Below are positions 1 to 12,220 of a stretch of 64,000 bases of DNA, piece by piece. The notes beneath the pieces are model-generated. The model had not been told where the DNA came from, did no database searches, and saw only the letters and a list, made by a program, of their open reading frames with translations. Within the stretch, counting starts at the first letter, position 1; each line of letters begins with the position of its first letter. The position numbers and the translations under genes are program-made. The stretch comes from Dimorphilus gyrociliatus. Its lineage: Eukaryota > Animalia > Annelida. Location: positions 1 through 64,000 of the forward strand of contig CAJFCJ010000060.1 in NCBI GenBank assembly GCA_904063045.1, given 5' to 3'.

Positions 1-500
1 AAGAAGCGAATTGACAAGGTGGGGAAATGTAATTTGATTGTTGATAAATTATTTGTTTCATTGTCAAGGAATTCTTTTCACCAGTCCTATCTTGTCATGA
101 AAATTTCCATCACATTTCAAGATGATACTAATACATCATACATCAATTTCACACAGAAGGGAATATTCATTACACAATGCTGCTGTATCAACACTAATAC
201 ATTCTTCAATTTTGGATGGTTTGTATAAAAGATCTTGAATAATTCAAATTTATTTATTACATCATTTTTTAATAGTCTATTAAAAGGTGCCTACTAGCCA
301 ATGTGAAGATTACAAAATACATAGAAAGTTGGAAAATTTCACATTTCAACATTGAATTTTGAAACTTTTCAAGCAACATCAATAAAAGGCAGGTATCATT
401 TCTATCAAATTTTTCTATTCTATTTCACATCTTTGTGTTTAAAAAATACTATAAGATGAAAAAGTAAATTTGAAGAGAAGGATAAATATTTGAAAAAATT

Positions 501-518
501 AGAGAGAGAGAGAGAGAG
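501..518. repeat. (AG)n microsatellite
   Basis: agagagagagagagagag read directly. Confidence 0.9.
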
Positions 519-1464
519 GGAGAATGTCTTTCTCACCAATCATATTTGAATGTTAGTCAATGTATTTAACCTTGCATGCAAAACAATTTGAATGACTATT
601 GCCAAGAGATACATGTAGGTTGTGAAATATATTCAATATGCTTATGGCTCTTTTAAAAACATAAAAATATGTAGAATACTCTTCATCTCTTTCATTCTGA
701 TTTTGTTTAAATTATCCTCTTTATTTATCTCATCAAAATTCAAAAAATATGATTCATTATTCTTAGTAATTGTATTATATTTTTAATTGGTTCAGGCAGA
801 AAAATGTCCACAAGAGACAGAAATCTTCTAAGATGAAGATAGGAAACATCAATTTCAACCTTATCCTCTATGGGTGAACCACAGAGAGGGAAGGGGGCGC
901 AGACCTCAGCCCAGCCCCAATCCCAAACCTAATTTATTTGTAAAACACTAAACTCCATTAATGAACAATAGATGGCATTGTTGTGGACACAATGAACAAT
1001 TAATTGGCATGAAAATTGTATACTGTTATAGTATTATCTAAAAGTTTAGAAGTGAGATAAGAGCTATCACAAGTTCAGTCACATAAAAACTGTCAATTAC
1101 ATAGAAGTTTTTTTTATCTTCTTAATCTTTGAACATATTTAAAATTCTAATTAATGAAATGTTTTATTAAATATTCAAAACTGAGTACTGTATATTAATA
1201 AAGGTTTGTTTTTCTCTCTTAATTTATGATAAGCATTTAAGATGATAGAATAAACTTAACTATTCATAACATTTTAATTTTTCCTTTTATTTTATTAGAA
1301 ATTCATCAATTTATAAGCTAAAATCGTGAATTACATAATTTTAGATTCAGTATATTATGTGTTAATGGAAAAGATTGAGCCTATGCTTGTAACTTGATAA
1401 ATATTCAGTTGATTTTGACAATTTTTTTTTATTTTAGCTTGTAGTGTAGGCTGTAGGAAAAAAA

Positions 1465-2150
1465 ATATTTTCAATACTCCCTCCCCCATTGTCAATACAT
1501 TGCTGACATTTCTTTGGAAGAAGACTGATGTGGTGCAAAGTCTGCACTCTTTCCCCTCAAAAATTGGGTCACAGATTTTTTCAATTCATTCAGCCTATTG
1601 TAATCTGTCACCCAAATCAGGACTGTAAGGAGGATGAGGACAGAGTGTCCAATTTGTCTCTGTATAAAAGTCATTCATGGAAGCTTATATGGGTTGTGTA
1701 TTGTCATGCTAGAGAATACATTCTTTCCTGGGCAAATTCAGTTTATTGTTCTCTTTAGGTTTTTGGAGGATCTCTATGTAGTGAGCCGAATTCATAATTT
1801 CCTCATAATACACAAAATCAATATGGATTATACTTGACCTGTCCTGAAAATGCTACACTTTAGTTTCTCTGCAGACTTTGACATTCTTACCTTTGTCTGA
1901 GGGTAAAGAGAATGTTTACATGTTCTTTGGACATGGCCCTATCTTCCCTTATCAAGCTATTGAATTTTTGTTTTGTTTGAGTCAACACTAACTGTTCTTG
2001 GACATCCAAACTTTGGTAAACCTGCTAAATTTATCTTCCTTTTCTGATATTAGCAGCCCACCTCTTTGTGGAGGAATAGCTCATAGCAATATTTTTACTA
2101 ACCCCTTTAGCATGAATCTTCCCCCACCTGGGTAGGTTTACTATACTAAA
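1465..2150 (-). mobile_element. Degenerate, internally deleted mariner transposase relic
   Basis: Minus-strand translation gives HPPYSPDL, a C-terminal PKKCQQCIDNGG (cf. mariner PKRWQKCI..GEY) and N-terminal pieces SSTKRWAANIRKGR / GCPRT / LIREDR; many stops and frameshifts. Confidence 0.7.
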
Positions 2151-2855
2151 GAACAAAGAACATGGAAATTTCAGTTGGAGAATAAATGTAAGATGTCTTC
2201 AAGAATAAATGAATGGAGGTCAACTTGAAGCTATCTCACCAATCTTTATAAAGGATAATTTTTTATGCCATTCCTTGTGTGAAAATTGCTTCACCAAACA
2301 AACAGAAATGATGTAATAGCATAGATATTCTTGTTCAGAGTATCATATTTCTTCACCAATAATCTTCAAGTTCTCACATTTCCATGACAAAGTTAACTAA
2401 CTTAATAAAAAAGGTTCATTTGGATGGCAGCCTTTGATGAGACCACATATATGCTATTGGTATGTCAATCTTATATTTGTTTTTTTGTATGTAGAATTTT
2501 GAATTGTATATAATCACCACCTGAAGAAGGAATATTACTAATGAATATCTTCAATCTCTGTATAGTGTAGGTATTAGTAGACTCTGGTGAGTCCTTGGTA
2601 ATAAATAAAGAGGGCGGACAAAACTGTGGTAGATCTTGTAGGTAAGAAAAAGAAAAAAAAGTGTTTACTTTGAGAATTTTAAAATCAGTAATGGGCGACT
2701 TCTGTTGATCTCTGGTATTGGATATTTATAGAGAGTTGGGGTTTATTTTATTCAAGTCAACAAAATTTCTAACTAGAGTACTATTTGCTTAAAAACAAAA
2801 GAAAAACAATGTAGACATGTTTTGTTCAACTGGATACAGAAAATATTTAATAGAA

Positions 2856-3995
2856 ACTATTACCATCAACTTTGGCTCCACTACTTTTAATTCTCAACAT
2901 TAATTCATTAATTTTTGAAAGATACTCATCTACTTCTTTGGCTCTGGCTTTGTCATTTTCATAAACCAAAATAACATTCATTGAAGTAGCATTGTGGCTG
3001 TCAACTGCACCATATTTGTACTTTATTCTATTGCAATTGTAGGAAGTTCTGGTTTGTCACAACTGTAATTGTTCTTTTCAATCATTTACCAATTTGCCAA
3101 AGTACTGGTCCAAATAGAACCTTTAAAGTTCCTCCACAAGTAGTTTAACAAATGTAATTTTGGTAGAAATGAATCAACAAAACACAAGCATTTCGTCCAA
3201 AGAATATGTATTGAGTAAAATGAGTTTCTAGTTCTAAACAAGCTAGTTTAAGCAGCTAGCTGATGGTTAGAAAACTGAACTATCAACTGTTAATTTCATA
3301 GGGTTTATATACTCTTTTGAAGGTTGATAGTTCACAAATTTCAATGTTCACAAAAACAAAGTAACATTTTAAGACAAGAGAGTTGTAAATATGGTCATGT
3401 TTTTATTGTTTTCCTCTTCTAAATAATAATTGAATTTCAAAGGTTGGAGAGTTGCATAAGATGTAACAATTTTAATAGGACAAGTCCAACAATCAAGAAA
3501 ACATGTAGATTGTATATTTGACGGTTTTTATATTCTACATTAACAATGATATTCAATTGATTGAGTTAGTATTTTTAGCATCTTCATATTCAGAGGAAGT
3601 ATGTTTGATTGATGCATGTTAAGTAGAACAGTATTGTGTTCACAATACTGTTGGATAGTGAATATAATCTAAACTTAGAATTTAATCATAATTGATAATT
3701 AATTCAACTAGTTTTAGTTGAAAATCCTAAATGTATGGATTAATAAATTGTAATATTAATGCTAGGTTGCAAATAGCAATATTCTTTATATAATTTAATA
3801 GGTTTTATATAATGTGTATGCACTGCCCTACGTGAAACTAGGTCACTACTGCTTATCAGTGCTACCTGCATAGTGCAATACTGGTTCAATACTACTTCTC
3901 TATTGTAGAGTATAGCTGACAAATATATGTGTTCAATATAATTCAAAAGTTGAATATAAAAATGGAAGTGTCTGGGTTAGCCAAGTTTTTTCATA
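2856..3995 (-). pseudogene. Terminal coding exon of an unidentified gene, split by a solo LTR
   Basis: Removing LTR 3017-3935 plus one 5-bp TSD copy restores HQDQYEKTWLTQTLPFLYSTFELYGAVDSHNATSMNVILVYENDKARAKEVDEYLSKINELMLRIKSSGAKVDGNSFY*; an acceptor-like tttaagcag precedes it. Confidence 0.5.
3017..3935 (-). mobile_element. Solo LTR, diverged relative of the LTR at 56456-57396
   Basis: TG...CA termini (tgtact...gtgttca); U5 block tactggtccaaatagaacc...gtttctagttctaaacaag shared with LTRs at 31125, 48966, 56456 and 61066; flanks atatt/atata form a near-perfect 5-bp TSD. Confidence 0.85.
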
Positions 3996-4165
3996 TTGGT
4001 CTTGATGTCTGCTTAAATATTAGTTTATAGAAATAATTTGCAATATTTTCAATAGAGAAAACTTGGAACACAAAAAAAAAATAACTCCAACCTCTAAAAT
4101 CAGTAAAAAAACCTAAAGAGAATTGTATTAAGGCAAATAATAACACTAAGCTGGGAAGTATTATT

Positions 4166-4385
4166 AAAAGGGGTCAGGTGCAAATGTACCTGTTTTCAAA
4201 TATAGCCAAAACACTGATAAAATTTTAGGGGAGGGTTAATTTGGAAACTTGGGTGGATTTATGGTTAGAGGTGCTTCCAATTTAGGATTAGGTAATGTAA
4301 ATATAGTTCAGGTATTATGCTCAACTCCTAAAATAATTAGGTATGCTTCAACCCCCAGAGGGTACATTTGCACCCTGTCCCTTAT
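4166..4385. mobile_element. MITE-like element (~220 bp) with ~25-bp terminal inverted repeats
   Basis: Left aaggggtcaggtgcaaatgtacc matches the reverse complement of right ggtacatttgcaccctgtccctt; TTAA-like flanks; no coding capacity. Confidence 0.55.
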
Positions 4386-4677
4386 TAAAAATATGTCATT
4401 TTTGATGGGAATTATTTGGTTGTTTTTATCTTTCTAGTTTCTTTTTCTGAGAATTCATTTTTATACTTTCTGCTTTATAACCACAGTATAGAAATCATAG
4501 CGTTTGGTTAAGGAAGTAAAATTAGTAAAAAAATACTCAAATTACGTATCACATAGAAAATTTTTGCTATTTGGTGAATAATAGCTAGGAAATTCTTGCC
4601 ATTGTGGTTGGCTTATATAAATAGTTGTAATGTAGTAACTGCTGAATTTTCTAAGCTAGAGAGCAAGTAATAGAGAA

Positions 4678-7600
4678 ATGGCTATTTTTGGAAAAGCAGC
4701 TGTATTGTTCAGCTCAGTTTTGATATTGTACTTTAAGAAATCTCATCAAAATTTGGAATTTTATCCATACGGCAATGGTACTACAGATCAGGTAGTCCCA
4801 AGCAATGATGATGACAGTTCTGGGCAGGTCTCCCTTTCGATACCCATAAAGTTCTTTGATGACATTTTCAACACTGTATTTGTCAATACTAATGGCGCCA
4901 TTTCGTTTACTGTAGAAGTTAGCCAATACACACCGGATGCCTTTCCTCTTGCAGATGGTCGCCAGCTAATTGCTCCTTTCTGGGCCGATGTGGACACTAG
5001 AAAGGGAGGAACTGTCTTCTATCGCGAGACGACGGATGTGAACATTCTCAATCTGGTCAATAGTGACATCAGACAGGCTTTTATCAAGTTCCAATCATAC
5101 AAGGCAATCTGGGCTTTTGTGGCCACCTGGCACAAAGTTGCATATTTTGGCAGAGCTCTCGAAAAATCTCACATTCACAACACATTCCAGGCAGTGCTCA
5201 CAACAGATGGACACAGGTCATTTACCATCTTTAATTACGGGAACATCAGCTGGACAACAGGAACATCCAGTGATGGTGACAAAAATGGCCTTGGTGGCAC
5301 GCAGGCACAGGCAGGCTTCAATGCAGGGGATGGGCGACGATATTTCAACCTACCCCACTCAAGGACTCACAACATTATCGATGTTGAGTCCACCTCCAAT
5401 GTTGGAATTCCTGGGAAGTGGATCTTTCGTATTGATCTCTCGTCAATTCAAGCAGGAGGCTGCAATGAGGCAGGTCAACTGACACTGTCCCCATTTTTTG
5501 GACACCCGCTAGGAGGAACTCTAGTGACTCTGTCTGGCCCCTGCTTTAACAGTTCCTCTCAAATTGTGTGCCGATTTGGTGGACATAAAGTCAATGGAAC
5601 TGCAGTTGACAATGTAAGGGCCACCTGTATTACTCCATGGCAGTTGGCCTACAGTGGCCAATCACGCATCTTAGCGGAGGTTAGCTCTGATGGTGGAATT
5701 ACATACACTCACAAAACATTCTTCACACTGATACAGTTGTCATCTGACACAGTTGAACGTATCAGAGCAGATGAATGGAGCAAACTAAATTCACCTATGA
5801 TCCTCCGCTGGGATGCCAATAAACTGAATTCCTCTTTCATTCATGTTGAGTGTGTGCTAGGACTGGAGCCCAAAATTGATTCCTCTCAGGACCCTCAAGT
5901 TGTATTCCTACAAATAATGCAAAACATCACCAATACTGGAGAAGTTTGGCTCCCCAATGCTTTGCATATAACAACATGGTTAGAAGCTGGAGCAATCAGG
6001 TTACGGCCATCAGAGTCCTCTGTCAGCAACCCTGTGTCCCTGTGGTCTGATATCCACACCCCTGACTGGCTATTGAAAGCAATGTTCAAGAATCTCCTAG
6101 CAAAACCACAATCCCACATACAACGCCGAGAGGTTGGAGATTCAGGACTGTTAAAATCTTTTGTTCGTGGAGCCTTAACAGCTATTGAAAGCATAAATGC
6201 TGGGATAAAATCAGCTATCAATGCATACAATGAACTTAAGGCATCACGTGATAGTGCAAGGTGCCGTCAATGGTATGAAAAAAATTCACCACCACCAGCG
6301 ACATTACAAGAGCTCATCTCTTGCCCATGTACCTTTGATTACAACATTGAATTTGAAAATGACCGCCGATTCAATGACGATTTAGCATGTAACCGTGGGA
6401 GTGGCTGTCGTTATCATGTTGGGGCTCATCACTGTATAAGATCCATTAGTCCCAGTCAGTCGGGCCACAGACAACAATGCTGCTATGACCAAGCAGGCAA
6501 CATCCTACCATTTGAAAACGGAGGAGGAACAGTGGATTTGGGTTCTAATTTATTATCTCACTATTTTAAAGATGTACGCCCCTACAACTTCTGTTGTAAG
6601 TCTGGAAATAAGGACTTGTGTTCATTGTACAGTGAACTCAGGCCCACAGATGACTGCTCTGGATACCAACCTGAGCGTCCCACTAATACATTCGGAGATC
6701 CTCATTTCATCACCATAGATGGTTTCAAGTATACATTTAATGGACTTGGTGAATTTTACTTGATAACTTATGAGGAAAGTAACAATTTGCTGATGGTTCA
6801 AGGTCGCACAAAAGTTTTTAACAGCCCAAACAACATTACTTTAACAGCAACGTCTTGGGAGGCTTTCGTGACTGCTGTTGATGTCAGTGACACAGTTGAA
6901 GTGAGCATATCGCCTGTGAGAGGAATGGTCCTAGTTATCCATGGTGAAGATGTGACTGAAACCTTCCAGGATTTGTCGTACCAAGAGTACAATGGTGTGA
7001 CAATTGAGGCTAACTTTAGCATTCCTCAAATTAAAGTAAAGTACCCTGGAGGCCCTTCATTCAAATATGAAGCTGTGGGAAATAACCTAATGGTTAGCAT
7101 CCAAATGCCAAAGCTGTATCAAGGTAAGCTGAAAGGCCTTCTGGGTAATTTCAATGGTAACAAATCAGATGACCTAATATCATCACTTGGTGATCATGTG
7201 GCTCCCGACTCTGATTTGAAAACAATACACAACTCTTTTGGTCTATCCTGGATGGTGCCTGAAGGCAAAAGCTTATTTTTGCGTGAGAATAACTCAATGC
7301 CAGCAAACAATGCTAACTTTGTCCCTTCATTTGACATAGCTCATGACAGCGTGAATTCCTCCATTTCAGAGACATTGTGCAATGGAGATAGTGCCTGTAT
7401 CTTTGATTATATTGTTACTGGTAATGAAGATCTAGCTAAAAGTTCTGCTAAAGCTAGCCTCATATACAAGAAATTGGCATCTCTGGAGGAAAATCCTATA
7501 CGCACTTGTGGCTTCCTTAAAACACCTGCAAATGGTAGTCTAACATTGACAAATGGTTACCGTGTTGGTTCTACAGTCACCTTCACCTGTCAACCAGGCT

Positions 7601-7776
7601 TTGAACTGACAGGTTCCACTTCACTAAAATGCCAAGCCTCATCTCTGAAGTGGAATGGTGTTGAACCAGAGTGTACAGTTGTTAACAAGCCTTCCAGGGC
7701 AGACCATCCAAGTTTAGCCCTGCACATGGCTCTTCTTGTAATTCTGATTGCCAGTTCTTTATTTCTGTGTAGCTAA
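4678..7776 (+). CDS. SUSD2: SUSD2/Mesh-like cell-surface protein (signal peptide-NIDO-IPT/TIG-AMOP-VWD-Sushi-hydrophobic/GPI tail), single exon, 1032 aa
   Basis: NIDO (IAPFWADVD, NTFQAVLTTDG, SNVGIPGKWIFRID), TIG (GGTLVTLSGPCF), AMOP (CPCT...QQCCYD...CC), VWD (FGDPHFITIDG..YTFNG, GLLGNFNG), Sushi (CG..KTPANG...TFTC.PGF.L.G...C...W....PEC), C-terminal hydrophobic stretch; orthology not tested. Confidence 0.92.
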   Translation: MAIFGKAAVLFSSVLILYFKKSHQNLEFYPYGNGTTDQVVPSNDDDSSGQVSLSIPIKFFDDIFNTVFVNTNGAISFTVEVSQYTPDAFPLADGRQLIAPFWADVDTRKGGTVFYRETTDVNILNLVNSDIRQAFIKFQSYKAIWAFVATWHKVAYFGRALEKSHIHNTFQAVLTTDGHRSFTIFNYGNISWTTGTSSDGDKNGLGGTQAQAGFNAGDGRRYFNLPHSRTHNIIDVESTSNVGIPGKWIFRIDLSSIQAGGCNEAGQLTLSPFFGHPLGGTLVTLSGPCFNSSSQIVCRFGGHKVNGTAVDNVRATCITPWQLAYSGQSRILAEVSSDGGITYTHKTFFTLIQLSSDTVERIRADEWSKLNSPMILRWDANKLNSSFIHVECVLGLEPKIDSSQDPQVVFLQIMQNITNTGEVWLPNALHITTWLEAGAIRLRPSESSVSNPVSLWSDIHTPDWLLKAMFKNLLAKPQSHIQRREVGDSGLLKSFVRGALTAIESINAGIKSAINAYNELKASRDSARCRQWYEKNSPPPATLQELISCPCTFDYNIEFENDRRFNDDLACNRGSGCRYHVGAHHCIRSISPSQSGHRQQCCYDQAGNILPFENGGGTVDLGSNLLSHYFKDVRPYNFCCKSGNKDLCSLYSELRPTDDCSGYQPERPTNTFGDPHFITIDGFKYTFNGLGEFYLITYEESNNLLMVQGRTKVFNSPNNITLTATSWEAFVTAVDVSDTVEVSISPVRGMVLVIHGEDVTETFQDLSYQEYNGVTIEANFSIPQIKVKYPGGPSFKYEAVGNNLMVSIQMPKLYQGKLKGLLGNFNGNKSDDLISSLGDHVAPDSDLKTIHNSFGLSWMVPEGKSLFLRENNSMPANNANFVPSFDIAHDSVNSSISETLCNGDSACIFDYIVTGNEDLAKSSAKASLIYKKLASLEENPIRTCGFLKTPANGSLTLTNGYRVGSTVTFTCQPGFELTGSTSLKCQASSLKWNGVEPECTVVNKPSRADHPSLALHMALLVILIASSLFLCS

Positions 7777-7949
7777 CCCTGTGACATTGTATATGAGCAA
7801 ATGCAGGATTTTTTCCATCTTTTTTAAATAAATAGTTAAGGAAACATGCAAAAATTATCAAATTGACCTACTACAATCTTTGACATTTCATTTATATTAG
7901 TATAATTTATTAGAACAATTTGCATTTTGAAAAGCAGGGTTAGGGTTAG

Positions 7950-9100
7950 CTTTAGAGTTGGGTTCTGGTTTGGATGGTATCCAAAAGTACTGTCAAACCC
8001 AGAAAATAATAAAATTGCAGCTGGTGATTGTTCAAATCTTCTCTTTCTCCTCTCAGTTCTTGTTCTTTGATTTTTTGTCAATGCCTGTTTGCAGAACCAC
8101 CAATGGTAGGTAGCTTTTAAGGAAGATATGACTGATTTCCAGATAATTTTGTTAGGACAGGTCTTGGGGTTTGGGTTAACCTTAGTTCCCAATATGAAGG
8201 GTTTATAGGTTGTTTCAGATGATATATGAGTACCATCTTCTCTGTGCTTGCTCCTTTCATCATCTTGTATTTAGTGTTTGTTTCTTTGTACCATTCATTA
8301 AGAATTGACAAATGGTTATCATTACTTCCCAAGCCAATTTGTTCTCTAACTTTATCTGGATAGCTAAGTAGGAGTTTTCCTTCTTTTTATTAATCTTTTG
8401 ATAATATGGTAGGTGGTGTGAAGGTTACTTAGGTGTTTCTAGAATTAAACTTTTCTCCTCTAGGGGTACTAATACTTCTGTTCCAGGACCACCAATACCA
8501 TCTATGAATCTATCTTGATAAAGGATGTCCAGTATGGAATAGTGTCCTGTAAATTTAATACAGTTAACCTAGTGACTTCTTAGTTTCCAGGGTGATTCTT
8601 GACCTGGTGTGTAATCATTGTTTAAGGTTTTAATAACAATGATGGCCTCATCTGTTTTACAATACGATTGTCCAGGCAAGAAAATCCAGCAAGTAGTCAA
8701 GGTTAGTGATTATTCTCTGATATGTGGGTTGGAAATATACTTTTCCGGATTAGGGTTTGGTTTTGGTTAGGGTCTGTACCACTCACAAAACTGTTTTTCA
8801 ATGGATGTTTAACAGTTGTAAGTTCCAAATTTGGGGTCTGGTTAGAGTTGAATAAAACTAGTTTTCTTTTTCACTTTCCAGTGCCACTGTTTTTGTTAGG
8901 CAGGGTTCCCACTGATGTTTAGGAAACTATAGCACACCCAATTGTGCTGAAGTCCAATGTAGATTTATGTTTTCATGGATTTCAAAGTAGGATAGTTGTA
9001 GGTTCCAAATTTGAGATCTGGTTAGTGTTGAATAGACTTTTCTTTTACTTTCTAGTTTCAATATCTTATTCCTGAAGTCAGGAGACAAGTCCAATGTCAG
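7950..9100 (-). mobile_element. env: Degenerate retrotransposon env (class III-type) fragment, divergent lineage
   Basis: Minus-strand pieces GKVYFQPTYQRIITNLDY, GQESPWK, PYQDRFIDGIGGPGTEVLVP and ILNEWYKE align with the env at 54530-55040; many frameshifts. Confidence 0.7.
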
Positions 9101-9329
9101 TTGCACAACTTCTATTCAATTTAGTAGGTTAAATTTTAATGTTTTCAAAGTTAAACTATATTAAAAGAAACAATATTTTGACTTTACTTAAGTCTTCTTC
9201 ATGTTTAAAATGCCTTTACTGAACAAATTTAAGCTTTACATACCCTACACCAATACACAAAAGATGGCTGACCAGGTACATGCGGGCCATCTCCTGGTAT
9301 ACAAAATACAATAATATTATGCTGAGAAG

Positions 9330-10468
9330 TCATCTGATCAAGACAAAATAACTACCAATCTGGAATATATGGAAGACTGTCCCATAAAACATAGATTCTG
9401 TAGAACACTGAATACAATCATCATATTCAATCCAAAGGAAGGGCAACACCTTTTTGGCCATATGTCACCTTGGAAAATTGTGTGAAAAACATAGAATGTG
9501 TTAAGCTAGGAGGATACTTTTCATGTCCAAACTTTGCTATAATGGACCTACCATATCAAGACAGATAAATAAGAGGATTTGGTGGACCAGGAACAAGAGT
9601 ATTAGTTCCACATTAAGTATTTGATTTACTAAGAACTGACCTCAAAGAATCAAATTATGCAAATAAGAAAATGCTAGCAGACAAAAAAATACCAAGTTAT
9701 CTCAAATATTGAGACCATGAGACTAGAAAAGTTTCAAGGAAAAAAGAAATCATTTTTGAAAAATGTAAATGAAACAGATAAACAAAATATTGTTTATATT
9801 GTTACAATGATTGGTATAGAGAAGATGATAGAAGTTATCACATGTTGCTAAAATCCCAAGCAACAGTATTAGTAAAAACACTTATTTTGGAAAACATTTT
9901 TTCGCCTGATATTAGGGATATAGATAATAATTACACTCTGACAATGTTGAAAGATTCCAAATTAAAATCCACTTCAAAGATTAGACTGGAAGCCTTCAAA
10001 TTGAACCACAAAGAAATCACTTTCAGCTTATTACCAAAATTAGGTGTCTGGTATGAAAGTCCAACAGGAAAAGATTTTCAAACAATGAAAGTGAATGGAA
10101 AATTTACACTTTTACATCATAACTCAAATATTGCAAAATGGAGAATGGAGGGAAACATGATGCAAACACACAACAATTTCAGAAGTTGGACATTGAAAAT
10201 GCAGTTAGAAAATCTGCCTTACTCAGTAATATTGATAGGAACTTCCAAAATTTACAAACTGCACTCAAACAAGTATCTCAACTTTTATGCAAGGAGTTTT
10301 TTATGAGAAATAAGATGGTGGCATTGCTTACACCTTTGGCCCCTCAACTCCCAACAATATTGGATCCAACACAGGAAACTCACAGCACTTGGCTGGGTGA
10401 TTCAACAACACTCAACACATGCACAGAACTAAAATCAGTTCAAGTAATTTGTGATATTGGAATCATAA
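9330..10468 (+). mobile_element. env: Degenerate retrotransposon env fragment, close to the 49.7-57.4 kb element
   Basis: Nucleotide and protein similarity to 54550-55670, e.g. MRNKMVALLTPLAPQLPTIL...HSTWLGD.TTLNTCTELKSVQVICD; stops and frameshifts. Confidence 0.85.
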
Positions 10469-10680
10469 TGTACAACTTTGGTTATATTTTATGCACCTAT
10501 GTTATTCTATGCAAATATGCATGTATCTATTAAAAACCTATGCAGGAAAATGTAATAACATTTGGCCAAACATAAACTTGATTAGTCATCCTTAAGGCTC
10601 ACCTTTAATTGCCAGTTCAAGTTTGGCCAAGTTATAATTCAATTAACCTCTCCATATGTTGAACCTTTGTAACATCCTGT
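10469..10680 (+). mobile_element. 5' part of an LTR (13102-13736 family), truncated near the Tc1 insertion
   Basis: Starts tgtacaacttt; reverse complement matches 13490-13736. Confidence 0.75.
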
Positions 10681-10719
10681 TTTTTTTATAAAAATTACTA
10701 TTGTTTTACAATTTTTTTT

Positions 10720-11925
10720 TCTTATTTGGCCAAACAACATGATTATTGGCACATAATCTTTTGAGTTCAAATTTTCTTTATCTTTGTAAGTGCCAACCCT
10801 CCCTTTCAATACATTTACTAATCCTATGGCCCATTCCATCATACAAATTTCGAAGCAACTCTGGATTCTTCTTTATGAGCTCATAGGAACATTTTTTAAT
10901 TTTTTCCCATAATTCATCCTCTGACTCATCCTGTGGCCCATCATAGACCATTATTTTTGTTAGGTGCCACATGTTTTTGATCAGGCTCAGGTCAGGGCTC
11001 CTTGCTGGCCCATCAATGGTCTTAATTTCATTTTTTTTAAAGGCCCTTGCTGTTGCTCTTGCTGTATGGCAGCCAGCATTATCTTGCTGGAAGATGTACT
11101 TCCTGCCCATTTTTGCCTCAATCTCTTCTATAACAGGAAGAACATCTTCCACAATGAAGGAGCTATAAATTTCTGCATTTAATTATTTCTTTATCCTCCA
11201 TACTTTGAATATGCCATCAGATGTGATCAACCCCCAGACCAATACTCTGCCTCTTCCCATATTTTTTGTCACCCTAAAGTCCTCTTGGCTATTGTTTGTC
11301 CAGGTCCTAAAGTCATCAGGTCCACTTAGTGAGAATCTAGCCTGTCAGTGAAAATTACTCTAGACCAGTCTAGATTATCTCTAATCATTTTGAGGCAATA
11401 CTCTCCTTGCCAGTTACAAACTTTGGAGGTGAGATCTGTTTTTTCCTGATTCTTTTGTATTTGAAATTTTGCCTTTTTAGCCCCCTCTGAATTGTTCTAA
11501 TGCTTACATCTACTTCTAATTCTTTCAAAACCTGCTGTCACCCCTTCCTTATTATCTTTCAGCTTCTTGACAATCCTTTTCATCCTGGCTATCTCTCTGT
11601 CTGAAAGCTTCTTCAGACTGCCCCTATTGTCTTGCTCTGGCTCTTTATAGTTGATGATGTTTCTTACTGATGATGATGCCATTCCTAAAACCCTTGCCAT
11701 GACCCTCAATTTCCCTATTTCTGTATATTTTCTGACTACAAGCTCCCTAATATCTTTACTCCACACCATTATTAAAAAAAGTACTATAACTATAATATAC
11801 AGTAATTGAAAAAGTCTATAACTAGGAAACTTAACTTAAAAAAGCTGTTTGAGATGTCTATTTGAATGCCAAAGTGGATGTCAAGGAAGTGTGCCAATAA
11901 TCATGTCGTTTGAACAAATAAGGAA
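10720..11925 (-). mobile_element. Tc1-family DNA transposon, inactive
   Basis: Inverted repeats cttatttggccaaacaacatgattattggcac / gtgccaataatcatgtcgtttgaacaaataag; N-terminal HTH ORF 11497-11769; catalytic ORF 10778-11152 with FQQDNA..H...PARSPDL; third catalytic residue at D+34 is K instead of E; frameshifted middle. Confidence 0.9.
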
Positions 11926-11984
11926 AAAACTTATGAAAATTACTAGAAATATTTTGCTAATAATATTTACAAAATATGATGATT

Positions 11985-12220
11985 TTGTTACTATGAAAAA
12001 ACTTCAGAAATATTTGGAAAGAAAGAAATCTCAACCAATGGCTCCAGATATCCAGCAAGGGGAACTAAATGTCCCAACACACTCAAAAATAGAATTTGAT
12101 GCTGAAACAGTACCTCCTCAAAGCTACCAAACATTTACAAAAAAAGATAACAAAGTCAATGTGACAAGTCCCAGACATTTTGTGGAAGCAAGGTCTTAAA
12201 AGGGTGGGAAATTTGTTCAC
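11985..12220 (+). mobile_element. 3' end of an env-bearing retrotransposon (env tail, polypurine tract, LTR start)
   Basis: ETVPPQSYQTFTKKD matches EEIPLQTYPTFKKD at 56350; ggaagcaaggtcttaaaagggtggga PPT block also at 56425 and 61040; TGTTCAC at 12214. Confidence 0.7.

Noticed and set aside
55-230. LDLa-like remnant on the minus strand (CISIILKCDGNF)
   Set aside because: Only a partial Cys pattern, interrupted by a stop and lacking the DxSDE end; too weak to call
2856-3995. TIR-domain identity for the LTR-split exon
   Set aside because: Only a loose resemblance (W....LPFL); TIR box motifs are absent
4714-7022. Overlapping short ORFs in other frames or on the antisense strand of the SUSD2-like gene (and of pol/env, ADAMTS, MULE)
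   Set aside because: Shadow ORFs of real coding sequence with no domain signatures
7935-8790. Telomeric repeats or a Pro-Asn repeat ORF (7836-8192)
   Set aside because: Highly degenerate and within or next to the env relic; ORF 7836-8192 has no recognisable homology
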